Assembly (NCBI RefSeq): GCF_000150275.1 | Contig: NW_002060950.1 | Coordinates: forward strand, 3,330,585-3,375,187 | From: Trichoplax adhaerens | Taxonomy: Eukaryota > Animalia > Placozoa | Reading direction: 5' to 3' | DNA length: 44,603 bases | Part shown: positions 11,846 to 23,393 of the stretch, piece by piece | How positions within the stretch are numbered: the stretch's first letter is position 1 | How the letters are laid out: the number at the start of each line of letters is the position of its first letter | The notes under the pieces: model-generated | The model's database searches: none | What the model was told of the DNA's origin: nothing | The model's input: only the letters and a program-made list of their open reading frames with translations | Translations under genes and position numbers: made by a program

Positions 11846-12867
11846 TTTATCGTATTGCAGCTGATGAAACAATCCATTTCCCTAAACTCCTAATTATATA
11901 AAACGGCTTTAATATTATTTAAGGTTATTTATTATTATCATTTCCTTTAATATTTAATACTAGTGTCTCTTTAAATATAAAACAAAATGTATGTTGCTCA
12001 TTATATTATTAGAGAAAAAATATTTAAAATGCCGTGTTCATATTTATAGAGTATCCTCTTTATAGAAATAAGTTACAGACACCTTCGAAAATATCTTTTG
12101 ATTCTTGTAGTCTGTACTGCAGAATCATACGAGGGAAGCAATAATAAACTGTACATTTGGTTCAAATTTTCTTTGAGGAAGTACTATTATATTATTAGAA
12201 AAAGGAAGGTAATTTTACCGTTACGATAAGGATGGGACTGCTGTGGCGCTCCGTCAAATACTTAGGATAAGCTCTTGTCTCGTAAAGAATCAATTATTAA
12301 AAGTTTAAATCATAACAGTTTTGAAATTTACAAAACAAGATAATTTTTTACAGTTGATACGTAATCATTGGTGTTAATAGAAAATAATTGTTTTAATTTT
12401 TGTTATTTTTGTAGCCTTATTTGAATTAGATAAACGTAAATTATTATTATTCGAAAAAATTTTTCGAAACATTAGTCAAAGCGGCACTTATTAAAGCTCA
12501 TAAAATATCACGAAAACAGTGAAAATTTTCTGTTCAGACACGTAGCCGTATTAGACCATCAACTCATCAAAGCTCTCTGTATCTTATTCTAGCCAAACGA
12601 TGGGCTTAATCTCTATTACCGGTTTGAAAGTATATTACTGAAATGTCGGTAATAAAGTAGCATATTATCAAAGCTTAGCAAGATGAAATCATATTTATAT
12701 TGCCTTAACGACATTAGACGAAATCCTATCAGTACGATGTTAATAGAAAATTTTCAATAAATGTGGGAAGTTATGTAGGAGAAGCCAAACATTTTCTTCA
12801 TCTACATTAATGACAAAAATAAACTTTCATTACTTATGATCATTCAAAAATACGGAACCTTAGTAAC

Positions 12868-13419
12868 TGTAATGTAACTTAGTATTGTGATTGTAGACTG
12901 TTAGCCATGTGTAGTATAATGTACGGTAGATATTTATCCTAAGAGATATCTGGTAGCTGTAACTATAGACTGTAGTGGTAGAGACTCTATGCTAGAGTAC
13001 AGATGACTATTTACAGTAAGCTGTTGAGTTACTAATATGGCTATAGGTAAGAATAGAACTGTAAATCATATATTAGGATATGGTTAATTCATTGTACTTT
13101 GGCTGGTGTGAATAATGCCTATGTAAGTACTGTAGTCGTATCCATATTGGATTAATAATGGTCCGCAGTAGAATAGTGTTACTAAGAATAATTTAACTAT
13201 GTGTAAAATAAGGTAAAAGGTTGCCATGCGGATTGTAGCTGCGAATGCTACGGAAAGTATAAAAGCATGCAACTTTAGATTATTCTGTTAGTTCGTTCTA
13301 GAAGTCTTTAGAAGTAGTATTCGGCTAAAGTAGAGCTGTGTGTAGTTAATCTTTGTATAAGATTCAATAAAGCCCTTATTTTTCTAAAATTTGGAATTTC
13401 ATGATTGGTATATATCACA
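12868..13419 (+). mobile_element. Solo LTR, family B (young, 552 bp)
   Basis: Termini TGTAAT...ATCACA. Perfect 5-bp TSD GTAAC at 12863-12867 and 13420-13424. TATAAAA at 13258-13264, AATAAA at 13366-13371. Near-identical to 14125-14675 and 20543-21094. Confidence 0.9.
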
Positions 13420-14124
13420 GTAACGTATAGGAAATACCATTTACGAGATTTTGGTGTAATTTTTAATTAGAATTAACTTATCGTCAGATAAATCATAAGT
13501 ATTATTCACTTTTATTTCTTCCCATCGACTAATAACCCAATTTTAGACTGATGCATATTATCCATTCTAATTCCTTCTTCTAATAGAAACTATAAATAAT
13601 ATTCCGACTTAAAGTATCCATTATAATGGCACATCATATAAAATCAATCAAAATTTACAAGAATTGCTAGAAATCATAATTATTATCAACCGTATCAAAA
13701 ATAATAATCTAATTATATTCTATTGATGCATTAATCATGTCGAAATCATTAAATAAATTTCTCTTTAAGTGTTATAAAAGTATCAAAACAATTACATTTT
13801 TTTCACATATAGCTTGTAGGTAAAGTAATCACCATATGATTCTTATTTATAATTCAATAGGAAATTTTAAGATAGACCCTTTAAGTTTACGAGAAACGAA
13901 TTGCATGGTTTTTGAGTGAAATAATTACCACATTTTTCCACTAGTGCTAATTAATTTATCATATAAACTATGTATAAACATTTATGCAACACAAGCTCGA
14001 AAAACTCTTAAAAAGAAGTTACTATTCTGTTTTATAGTTTACTGGTAAAAAATACTGAATTTGGGCTGTACTCGCGGTGATTTACTACGTATAGCGATTT
14101 ATTGTGTCGTGGCTTACTAGCCCT

Positions 14125-14675
14125 TGTGATATAGACCAATCACGAAATTCCAAATTTTAGAAAAATAAGGGCTTTATTGAATCTTATACAAAGATTAACT
14201 ACACACAGCTCTACTCTAGCCGAATACTACTTCTAAAGACTTCTAGAACGAACTAACAGAATAATCTAAAGTTGCATGCTTTTATACTTTCCATAGCATT
14301 CGCAGCTACAATCCGCATGGCAACCTTTTACCTTATTTTACACATAGTTAAATTATTCTTAGTAACACTATTCTACTGCGGACCATTATTAATCCAATAT
14401 GGATACGACTACAGTACTTACGTAGGCATTATTCACACCAGCCAAAGTACAATGAATTAACCATATCCTAATATATGATTTACAGTTCTATTTTTACCTA
14501 TAACCTTATTAGTAACTCAACAGCTTACTGTATATAGTCATCTGTACTCTAGCATAGAGTCTCTACCACTACAGTCTATAGTTATAGCTACCAAATATCT
14601 CTTAGGATAAATATCTACCGTACATTATACTACACATGGCTAACAGTCTACAATCACAATACTAGTTACATTACA
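14125..14675 (-). mobile_element. Solo LTR, family B (young, 551 bp)
   Basis: Reverse complement of 12868-13419 with few substitutions and a 1-bp deletion. Flanks GCCCT (14120-14124) and GCCCC (14676-14680) match 4 of 5. Confidence 0.9.
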
Positions 14676-15084
14676 GCCCCATATTGGATTTCCGTGCAAT
14701 CTTTTAATTTTTGTGTAGCTATATCATTCGTTTCTTTGATTACTGTTTAATAAATCTAAGCTTTAAGCTTAAGCATAAGTAAAAAGTTGAGTAATAATTC
14801 GAGAATCGACAGTGAAAAATTTTAATGTATTGCGACTCACATCGTACTTAGAAGGCAACAGTAATTTTAGCAAGACGTGCTAATGTAAAGCTCCTAGATT
14901 TTGTGTTAACAAATTTTATAAGTGATTGAAATATATTTATCTAACTACATGTACATAATCATTAATATTTTGAATAATTTTTTAAGAATTATATTTAGAT
15001 ATAATAGTTACAGTATCTAGCAATATATATATATGACATATACATAACATATACACAGATCACTTTCGCTACACCTTGTTTAAA

Positions 15085-15377
15085 NNNNNNNNNNNNNNNN
15101 NNNNNNNNNNNNNNNNNNNNNNNNNNNNNNNNNNNNNNNNNNNNNNNNNNNNNNNNNNNNNNNNNNNNNNNNNNNNNNNNNNNNNNNNNNNNNNNNNNNN
15201 NNNNNNNNNNNNNNNNNNNNNNNNNNNNNNNNNNNNNNNNNNNNNNNNNNNNNNNNNNNNNNNNNNNNNNNNNNNNNNNNNNNNNNNNNNNNNNNNNNNN
15301 NNNNNNNNNNNNNNNNNNNNNNNNNNNNNNNNNNNNNNNNNNNNNNNNNNNNNNNNNNNNNNNNNNNNNNNNNNNNN
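15085..15377. other. Assembly gap (N run)
   Basis: Run of n characters. Confidence 1.
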
Positions 15378-15485
15378 AATTATTTGACGGTAGAGAAGCA
15401 TTTGTTCCATTTGAAAATATTATATTCAGGTCTTACCACCACTGAAATAATTAAGATTGGATACTTTTATCCTCCAAAGCACATA

Positions 15486-16496
15486 ATAAATAGCAGTCTA
15501 GACACAATATCTTCGGTAGCTATATCAATACTTCTACAGATGGCTTTTATCATATTTCTCCTGATATTATAGTTATTCTTGCAGCAGTTAGCGTTATAGT
15601 CGGAATTGCTCGTAGCGTTATAATTGTTATTGGTATGCATGGTCAAAATTATTACACAAACCTATTTATTTTTCCTTGTTAACTTAGCTATTCATGATTT
15701 CATGTTAAGCACAACGATTTTAATTTACTTAATCATAGTACCAGTCACAGCTACTGTCAGATCAGACAATCAAATAAATATCATACTATGTAAAGCTACT
15801 ACACTTTTTCTCTACTGGTCGTATACAGCTTCCACATGAACTTTAATCATCATAAGTAGTGAAAGATACAGTGCAATATTCCATCTTACTATAGCATTAA
15901 GAGCAGGAAGAACTAAGCTGTTGTGTCTATTAGCATGGAGCATAACCCTTATTATATCTTTTCCTTTTCTTATAACAGCGACACTTAACGATGTCAAGCC
16001 TAAATAGCGTATTGCATATGATCCAATGATCGCTAGGATAATCATCATTAAGGTGATATTTATAGTATTCCAGATTGATTTACCAGCAATTGTAATACTA
16101 ATATTGTATTCGCTTATTTTGCATCAGTTAAGCAAGAAAAATATTGTCAGAAAAGCAGAATCTAGTGCAAGCAAAGCCGTCAAACACACGACGGTCTATA
16201 TGCTACTAAACACAACAATATTCTTCATAAGTTTTAGTACACGGATAGCAACATTACTAGTCACTATATCTCTTACTAGGAAGTTTTCCCTAAACTTCAA
16301 GATGTACAAAATCCAAGAGTAAGATTCAAAATGACATCAAGTCGTTCTTACTGCCGTTCAAAACTTTATACCACCCAATAGTTTACTTTACAGTATATTC
16401 AATCAGCAAAAGCGACCATCGTATTTCTCATGCCTTTATCGATCCAGCAGTGCTCTTAGGCCAACCTTGTTCGTATCAATCAACATCATAAAATAG
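15486..16496 (+). pseudogene. Class A GPCR pseudogene, heavily decayed
   Basis: Paralog motifs appear in order: FLVNLAIHD, ILCKA, LYWSYTAS, SERY (~15858-15869), LLAWS, KHTTVYMLL, LLPFKTLYHPIVY, SIFNQQ. In-frame stops are TGA 15837-15839 and TAG 16005-16007. Frameshifts occur near 15645-15665 and around TM6/TM7, including a TTTAC duplication at ~16382-16391. The 5' boundary is approximate. Confidence 0.9.
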
Positions 16497-18508
16497 AATT
16501 TATAATAACGGCAACGCACAAGAGTATGTAACTCGCAAGGATTTTCATCATTATAAAATAATATACCTCTTGCTAAAGCCTACTACAGTCGTGAAAATTT
16601 GCGAATTGATTTAGCAATTAAGAACTTATTTAACAATTAAAAATTATACTGCAATAATGTGATTAAAGATCTCGTGTAGAGAGTGCCTTAGTGCCACATA
16701 TTATCTAAAATTGAACTAAATAGTGAATTAAATATAGCAATCGATTATCGATTTTATTTGGTAATCAAAATTGTCAGTATTAATATATCGAATAAAATGA
16801 AAAACGGTTTACCAAAAGTATGATGTGATGGCAATTAATATTTGCTGTATCATTGGAGGTACTAATTTATTTATGCCTTACCTTTTGTAGATATTTTTAA
16901 AATAAGTTTTTTAACTCTATAACTAATATGCGTACAATTGCAAAACATTCAAATTGATAAGAAGGTAAAAGATAATTTTTTAATCCTACATACGGTACCT
17001 GTTTACGGTATTAAAGGTTATATCCCAGTTATTAGCACTTTTAATTTACTTTAGATCCAGTAATTAAGAACATTGCTGCTGAACTAGTTAACACTCAGTA
17101 ATAATTACGATCTTAAACTTTAGTTCAATTTAAGTCTATAATATGATATATTATAAAATGTTAAATAACTTTCAATTTCGAGTGTAGTTTACACTTACGT
17201 CTGTTACTGTATAGCGTCAAACTTTAGAGCGTGCCAACTGGTTCATTATACAATTTGCTCAAAATTTCGCTAATAAAGTTAAACTCTCCAAAATTAGAGA
17301 AGTAATGAAGCCACTGAGCTAATAAACTACCATTATAGTGCTCACTAAGAACTTTAAAGTTAAGGCTCTGCTTTCAATACGGCATTAGATATATCAAATT
17401 TAAGACCAAATACACTTTAATTTTAACAATAATACGGTATTTTCTTCTAATAATTTTATATAATTGGTAGGTGCACTCAGTTATCTTTAAATTACACATT
17501 GTAATAAAACTATGAAATGCAAGAAATCTCTCTATTTAGAACTCAATGAACCTGACAAAATAATAATAATTATCACAACAGCTTTAATTCGCTTGTAATT
17601 TTGAGAATACAACTATAATAGCTCCTATTATATCGCAGAATTTAAAAATTTCGAAACAAGATCAATTTTTCTTCTATTTCTATGGTCACGACCTTCAAGC
17701 GTCAAAATTATCAAAATTTGTCCATTCTTATTTTAAGCATCGTGTCTTTGACTCTGCTGTAACGTATAATTCGAAAATATCCTAATGTGAAATCTAGCTA
17801 TCATCAATTCTAATAGCGATAAAATATTATGTCTTATTACTTTTTCCTCCTGATATTAAGTTAAATTATGAAAGTACACGTGATCACTCTTTAATAGATA
17901 TTGAACATCTTCACTAATAAAGATTATTGGTATGTCTTTTTCACAGTCATTATGAATGCTTATTAATGAACTTAACGGCTTTTGAGTGTATCTGCTGGCC
18001 TCTTAACAATCACTTTGCTGTATTTTCTATATTAAATTACCAATCACTTCTGTCCATCACATTAAAAGATATCAAATGACTCAGTTTTCCGTTACATCTA
18101 CTCATTTCCAAGTTTCAGCTTGGCATATTTAACTACTGATTTTAATGGCTCAATCTGATCTTAACTTTTAAATGAATTTTGCATTATGCCTTACAGCCAT
18201 GCATCTATTCTATTTATATCTGCAATGTCTAAAATATCAAATATATTATTCATGGTATCGTTTAATCATATTTCCGAAATAGAGGTAAAGTCTACAGATC
18301 TTTAGTCCATTCATCACTTCGAAAATATTTACGGCCGGAAAGAAAATATTGAGAATCAGTTATTGTTATATTTATTTTAATAAATGTTCATTCAAGATAG
18401 AAACTTAATGATCTAGCATTTATTCCTATTGAAATTTGAAATCTCAATAAAAATGTAGATCAGTTATAATTTTCTCTAATAACTAGATTGAATATCGAAG
18501 TGAATTCG

Positions 18509-18558
18509 NNNNNNNNNNNNNNNNNNNNNNNNNNNNNNNNNNNNNNNNNNNNNNNNNN
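18509..18558. other. Assembly gap (N run)
   Basis: Run of n characters. Confidence 1.
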
Positions 18559-18728
18559 GACGTCTCTGTTCGAAATATCTTTACCAGTAAGGTATAGTAA
18601 TAATACCGTTGATGTTGAAATGTTAGATAGTTCCTATATAAACTGGAAGATTTTAAGTTGAGTTGCGAAAACTTATAGATCTGCATATACTAATTAAATT
18701 CCTATCTTTGTGGTACTTTGCTGTATGT

Positions 18729-19284
18729 TGTTACGGTATTACCTTACCATTAGGATATTTTAATAAGTGCAGTAGTAGCTAAAATGGGCAATATGCATAT
18801 TTGCCGTGCTCGGTAAGATAAGTAAGGCCTTAACTAGGATATTATTTTTGATAGTTTATTAAATAGTTGATATTGATTTTTATTAAGTGCAGATAGTACT
18901 ATAGTAAGATAATTCAAGTTCTAGCTATTGATAGTTGAACTAGACAGCATACATGTTTAGATTAAGATTAAGTATTAGTAAGAGAATAAAAATATTTACT
19001 GATAGAAAAGCTATATAAGGAACATCGCAGTTCGAGATGTATCTCCTAGTAAGGTAAAGTAATGATACTGTTGTTATATACAAATTAAACGATTTCTATA
19101 TAAACGGGAACGTTCGAATTGAGTTGTGTGGCGAGACGTCGTATACGTATCTATGCTAATAAAAGTTCTATCTTTACCGTACTTCGCTGTAAGCATTTAA
19201 CGTTTAGTAAAAGGGCCTTTCAGTCAGTAGTTACTTATAGACTTTTACAGGGAGTTTCCTTGTCGCAGAGTTGAAATTGTTACA
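18729..19284 (+). mobile_element. Solo LTR, family D (556 bp)
   Basis: Termini TGTTAC...TGTTACA. Perfect 5-bp TSD TATGT at 18724-18728 and 19285-19289. TATATAAA at 19097-19104, AATAAA at 19158-19163. Homologous to 5437-5951. Confidence 0.85.
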
Positions 19285-19531
19285 TATGTGTTAACGTTTA
19301 ATAAAAGAGCGTTTAAGTTAGTAGTAACTGTTAGCGGTAACGATAGCGTCTGTTTTTTGGTATGCTCCCAGTCAACTGAAGCGAGATCGTCAGCTAAGCT
19401 TCCACGTGAATATCTACCTTTATTCTGATTTCTCACCACCTTATAAACTGTACAATACAGTACCTTTACTGATCTAGTACGGAACAGAACTAGTGCCGTT
19501 AAGCTCTGATAAGGTTGCAATACAACCGATA

Positions 19532-20288
19532 NNNNNNNNNNNNNNNNNNNNNNNNNNNNNNNNNNNNNNNNNNNNNNNNNNNNNNNNNNNNNNNNNNNNN
19601 NNNNNNNNNNNNNNNNNNNNNNNNNNNNNNNNNNNNNNNNNNNNNNNNNNNNNNNNNNNNNNNNNNNNNNNNNNNNNNNNNNNNNNNNNNNNNNNNNNNN
19701 NNNNNNNNNNNNNNNNNNNNNNNNNNNNNNNNNNNNNNNNNNNNNNNNNNNNNNNNNNNNNNNNNNNNNNNNNNNNNNNNNNNNNNNNNNNNNNNNNNNN
19801 NNNNNNNNNNNNNNNNNNNNNNNNNNNNNNNNNNNNNNNNNNNNNNNNNNNNNNNNNNNNNNNNNNNNNNNNNNNNNNNNNNNNNNNNNNNNNNNNNNNN
19901 NNNNNNNNNNNNNNNNNNNNNNNNNNNNNNNNNNNNNNNNNNNNNNNNNNNNNNNNNNNNNNNNNNNNNNNNNNNNNNNNNNNNNNNNNNNNNNNNNNNN
20001 NNNNNNNNNNNNNNNNNNNNNNNNNNNNNNNNNNNNNNNNNNNNNNNNNNNNNNNNNNNNNNNNNNNNNNNNNNNNNNNNNNNNNNNNNNNNNNNNNNNN
20101 NNNNNNNNNNNNNNNNNNNNNNNNNNNNNNNNNNNNNNNNNNNNNNNNNNNNNNNNNNNNNNNNNNNNNNNNNNNNNNNNNNNNNNNNNNNNNNNNNNNN
20201 NNNNNNNNNNNNNNNNNNNNNNNNNNNNNNNNNNNNNNNNNNNNNNNNNNNNNNNNNNNNNNNNNNNNNNNNNNNNNNNNNNNNNNNA
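19532..20288. other. Assembly gap (N run)
   Basis: Run of n characters. Confidence 1.
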
Positions 20289-20405
20289 AATGTTGTAACA
20301 GCATATGAGAAAAGTCGCAGCGGAGACTTATGTTTCCGGTGTCTAAATTGTAATAGGTTGTTTTTGTTGCAACGTTTGGTTGAAACACATACACAGAGAG
20401 TCTAG
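20289..20405 (+). pseudogene. Decayed C2H2 zinc-finger coding fragment
   Basis: VTAYEKSRSGDLCFRCLNCNRLFLLQRLVETHTQRV* fits F-x-C-x2-C-x3-F-x5-(L/V)-x2-H-x4-(H replaced by stop). It is preceded by a TGEKP-like linker (SGDLC). The previous finger's two His positions are each one base from His (TAT, CGC). Confidence 0.55.
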
Positions 20406-20542
20406 ATCGGGTTCATCACTTAACTTCTTTACGATATAATCCCTATTAGTGAAAATTATAAATAAGATTTAGTCCTATTAGTTCATCAACTGATAAATTA
20501 AAATCTGGGCTGTTAAATTAAAGTAATTCTCTAACGTTACAC

Positions 20543-21094
20543 TGTGATATATACCAATCACGAGATTCCAAATTTTAGAAAAATAAGGGCTTTATTGAAT
20601 CTTATACAAAGATTAACTACACACAGCTCTACTTTAGCCGAATACTACTTCTAAAGACTTCTAGAACGAACTAACAGAATAATCTAAAGTTGCATGCTTT
20701 TATACTTTCCGTAGCATTCGCAGCTACAATCCGCATGGCAACCTTTTACCTTATTTTACACATAGTTAAATTATTCTTAGTAACACTATTCTACTGCGGA
20801 CCATTATTAATCCAATATGGATACGACTACAGTACTTACGTAGACATTATTCACACCAGCCAAAGTACAATGAATTAACCATATTCTAATATATGATTTA
20901 CAGTTCTATTTTTACCTATAACCTTATTAGTAACTCAACAGCTTACTGTATATAGTCATCTGTACTCTAGCATAGAGTCTATACCACTACAGTCTATAGT
21001 TATAGCTACCAGATATCTCTTAGGATAAATATCTACCGTACATTATACTAAACATGGCTAACAGTCTACAATCACAATACTAAGTTACATTACA
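20543..21094 (-). mobile_element. Solo LTR, family B (young, 552 bp)
   Basis: Near-identical to 14125-14675. Perfect 5-bp TSD TACAC at 20538-20542 and 21095-21099. Confidence 0.9.
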
Positions 21095-22033
21095 TACACA
21101 TAATGATCAACCCTGCACTTGGCTTCCAAAATAACATTTCTTACGTCTAGCAGGGAAGACCAAACTTTTTATTCCATGATGAGAAGAATTCAAAGCAAAT
21201 AAAATAAGCCGATTAATTTTCTTATACTCTAGTAATAAAATTATTCAACTTAATTATACAGAACTCTATCTTGCTCATTTCTACGATATTCTACTCAAGA
21301 ATTAGAAATCATGCTTTGTATGTTTATTAACGATAGCCCTTATAAGAAAATTTCTAATCGATATCGTAAATTGTATATTGCAATATTACCATTTCAACAC
21401 GCCAGCAGCATTTCATTAGTACATTTTACAATGTTAATCATCGTTATTAGCCAATTACATTCCTATTTTTCCTAATTGAATGCGATAATTGGATAGCAAT
21501 TGTATAGAAGTTCATGAAATGTTTTAGTTACTCAGCTGTTGTTTCTTTGCTGTACGATATAGTCTATACTTTTCGTGCACTCTTAGAATAAAACTCTTTA
21601 AGCTAAACAATCTCCCAGCCACTCATAGTACTTGTGAGCCAGTAATTAGTCTAACTCTCGTTATTCCTCCTCCTTAGTTTGCAAAAGTCTTTCGGTATCT
21701 AGTAAGGTAGTTTAGGGAATGACAAAAAAAAGTTTGTGACAGTACAGAATTTATTAGGTTAAACATATTATTCTACGTTATCCAGTTTCTTTACTGCATA
21801 GCATTAGAATACTTTTTGTAATATAGGCTATTTCTATACCTAATATGGAATACCCACTTGATAAATCGTCTCCCAATGTTAGCTGAAAATGGCAGTTTAT
21901 TCCCTAATGTTATTGCTGAATATTACAGTAACAAACTTAGATAGCATAATCTATCTATATATATGAACAATGTCATTCATATACACAGCTAGATCTTAGG
22001 CTAAACTCTTCTATTATATTCTCACTTAAAACT

Positions 22034-22781
22034 TGTCACAAATAAATGTTGTGATCAACTATACCGTCTACTAGATTACTTATTCGATGCTCCACTACAA
22101 CTGGAAATCTGATGAGTTGATACTTCTCTAGTGTACCACAAGGTACTATACTTTCGACGTATAAATAGAAGTAAAAACTCATAAAACTAATCTTACAACA
22201 AGCCGCTTATTATACTTGTGAGAAAGTTGTTAGTCTTACTTACAGTATCTCTCCGTAGTTAGTTGGAGTGGCTAAGTAGCTAGTAAGTTAGTTGATCACT
22301 CACATTAGAAGAGAGTAGACAGCAGGATTACTCCTGTGAGTGACAACTAGCTACTGTTCCACAAGAATAGGACTGTTCTAAAAGAGTAGTTTATTAGTAG
22401 AGTAGCCGTATACTGTTCAGTACACTTAATAATAACGAACTGTCACACTGGACTTTTGCTCGTCCTTTTATAGCCTTCCAGAAAAATTATTGTGAAGATA
22501 TAATTATTTTACCCTTATAAGATTTACATTATTATAATAACACTAGAACATTCTACGACTAAAAGTAAATAAAGTACCTTTGACACCATTGGTCTCATAC
22601 GGACTGCTGCCGTCATCTCACTTCTTATTATCGAGCTATCGAGGCCTTACTAAAGAACTCGTTTCTATACTTTCAAAACGCACAACTACAGTAGTAAACT
22701 AAAATGACTACCACCAATCTCATCGAACACACTTGCGGTACATAACGTTCTAACTATCTAACTTGTGTTAGATTAAATACT
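22034..22781 (-). mobile_element. LTR-like repeat, family G, containing the family C core
   Basis: 22034-22110 and ~22345-22430 align with 39544-39715, and both copies start TGTCACAAA. On the minus strand TATAAAA (~22466-22472) precedes AATAAA (~22390-22395). The right end is inferred only from a possible AAACT duplication (22029-22033 and 22782-22786). Confidence 0.5.
22115..22349. repeat. Hairpin-rich ~200-235 bp repeat, family C copy 1
   Basis: 22115-22317 is the reverse complement of 42025-42223 at high identity. A stem pairs 22289-22304 with 22335-22349. Confidence 0.85.
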
Positions 22782-22870
22782 AAACTGCATAAATCGAAAT
22801 GTAGCCGTAACCGCTTTCATGCATTACGTTACTTTTTAAGCTCATTATAAAAATAGTTTATTGGTTCAGT

Positions 22871-23393
22871 TGATATGGTAAAGTTTATGATTAAAATGCT
22901 AGATTTGATAATTAATCAATTTCCTGTCTTGTTTATTACTTAAGAAAGGCAAATGCATCGGCACCTTCTTAAGTATCGAAAGCTATTTTTAAGAGGAAGT
23001 AATATTGAGATCAAATATTAGTTCGTGGTAGTTGAATAAGAGAGGAATCTAGCATAATTAAAATTGCATATGAGTAATAAGTTTAATAAGTTTACCGATG
23101 GAAGAGTTATATTAGGAATGGTTAAGTTGAAAATGCACGGTATACTTTGTTAAAAATAAAGAAGGAACTAGGGCTATTACGCTAAAGGATGATGAAGAAA
23201 TTAAAGCCATTAATAAGATGATTTCTATACAAATGGGAACAATTTGCGTAAAATACAGTTCTAATAAAAGGTTTTGTTTTTCAGGCTGTAATTGATTTTA
23301 TGTATTATTCGAAGCGAAACGTGCGCTCAAAGTATTAAAATATTTTAGATTAATAATATTTCAACGGTTATACAAGGCATTCCTTATGTTACC
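22871..23393 (+). repeat. Highly diverged family D LTR remnant
   Basis: Starts TGATATGGTA (compare TGCTATGGTA and TGTTACGGTA). Contains gatttctatacaaatgggaac and ctaataaaag in the family D order. No TSD, so the ends are approximate. Confidence 0.4.

Noticed and set aside
13084-13272. Three copies of a 62-aa ORF as a host gene family
   Set aside because: The ORF has a TTG start and lies wholly inside the family B LTR. It is kept only as a speculative antisense micro-ORF finding.
12868-14675. Single foldback or composite transposon with 550-bp TIRs
   Set aside because: Each arm has its own TSD (GTAAC; GCCCT/GCCCC), the outer flanks do not match each other, and free-standing copies exist.
15069-20405. 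Long ORFs containing X runs
   Set aside because: Artefacts of translating across N gaps.
14125-21094. The two same-orientation family B copies as paired LTRs of one full-length retrotransposon
   Set aside because: Each has its own TSD, there is no PBS or PPT inside them, and the intervening DNA holds a GPCR pseudogene rather than gag-pol.
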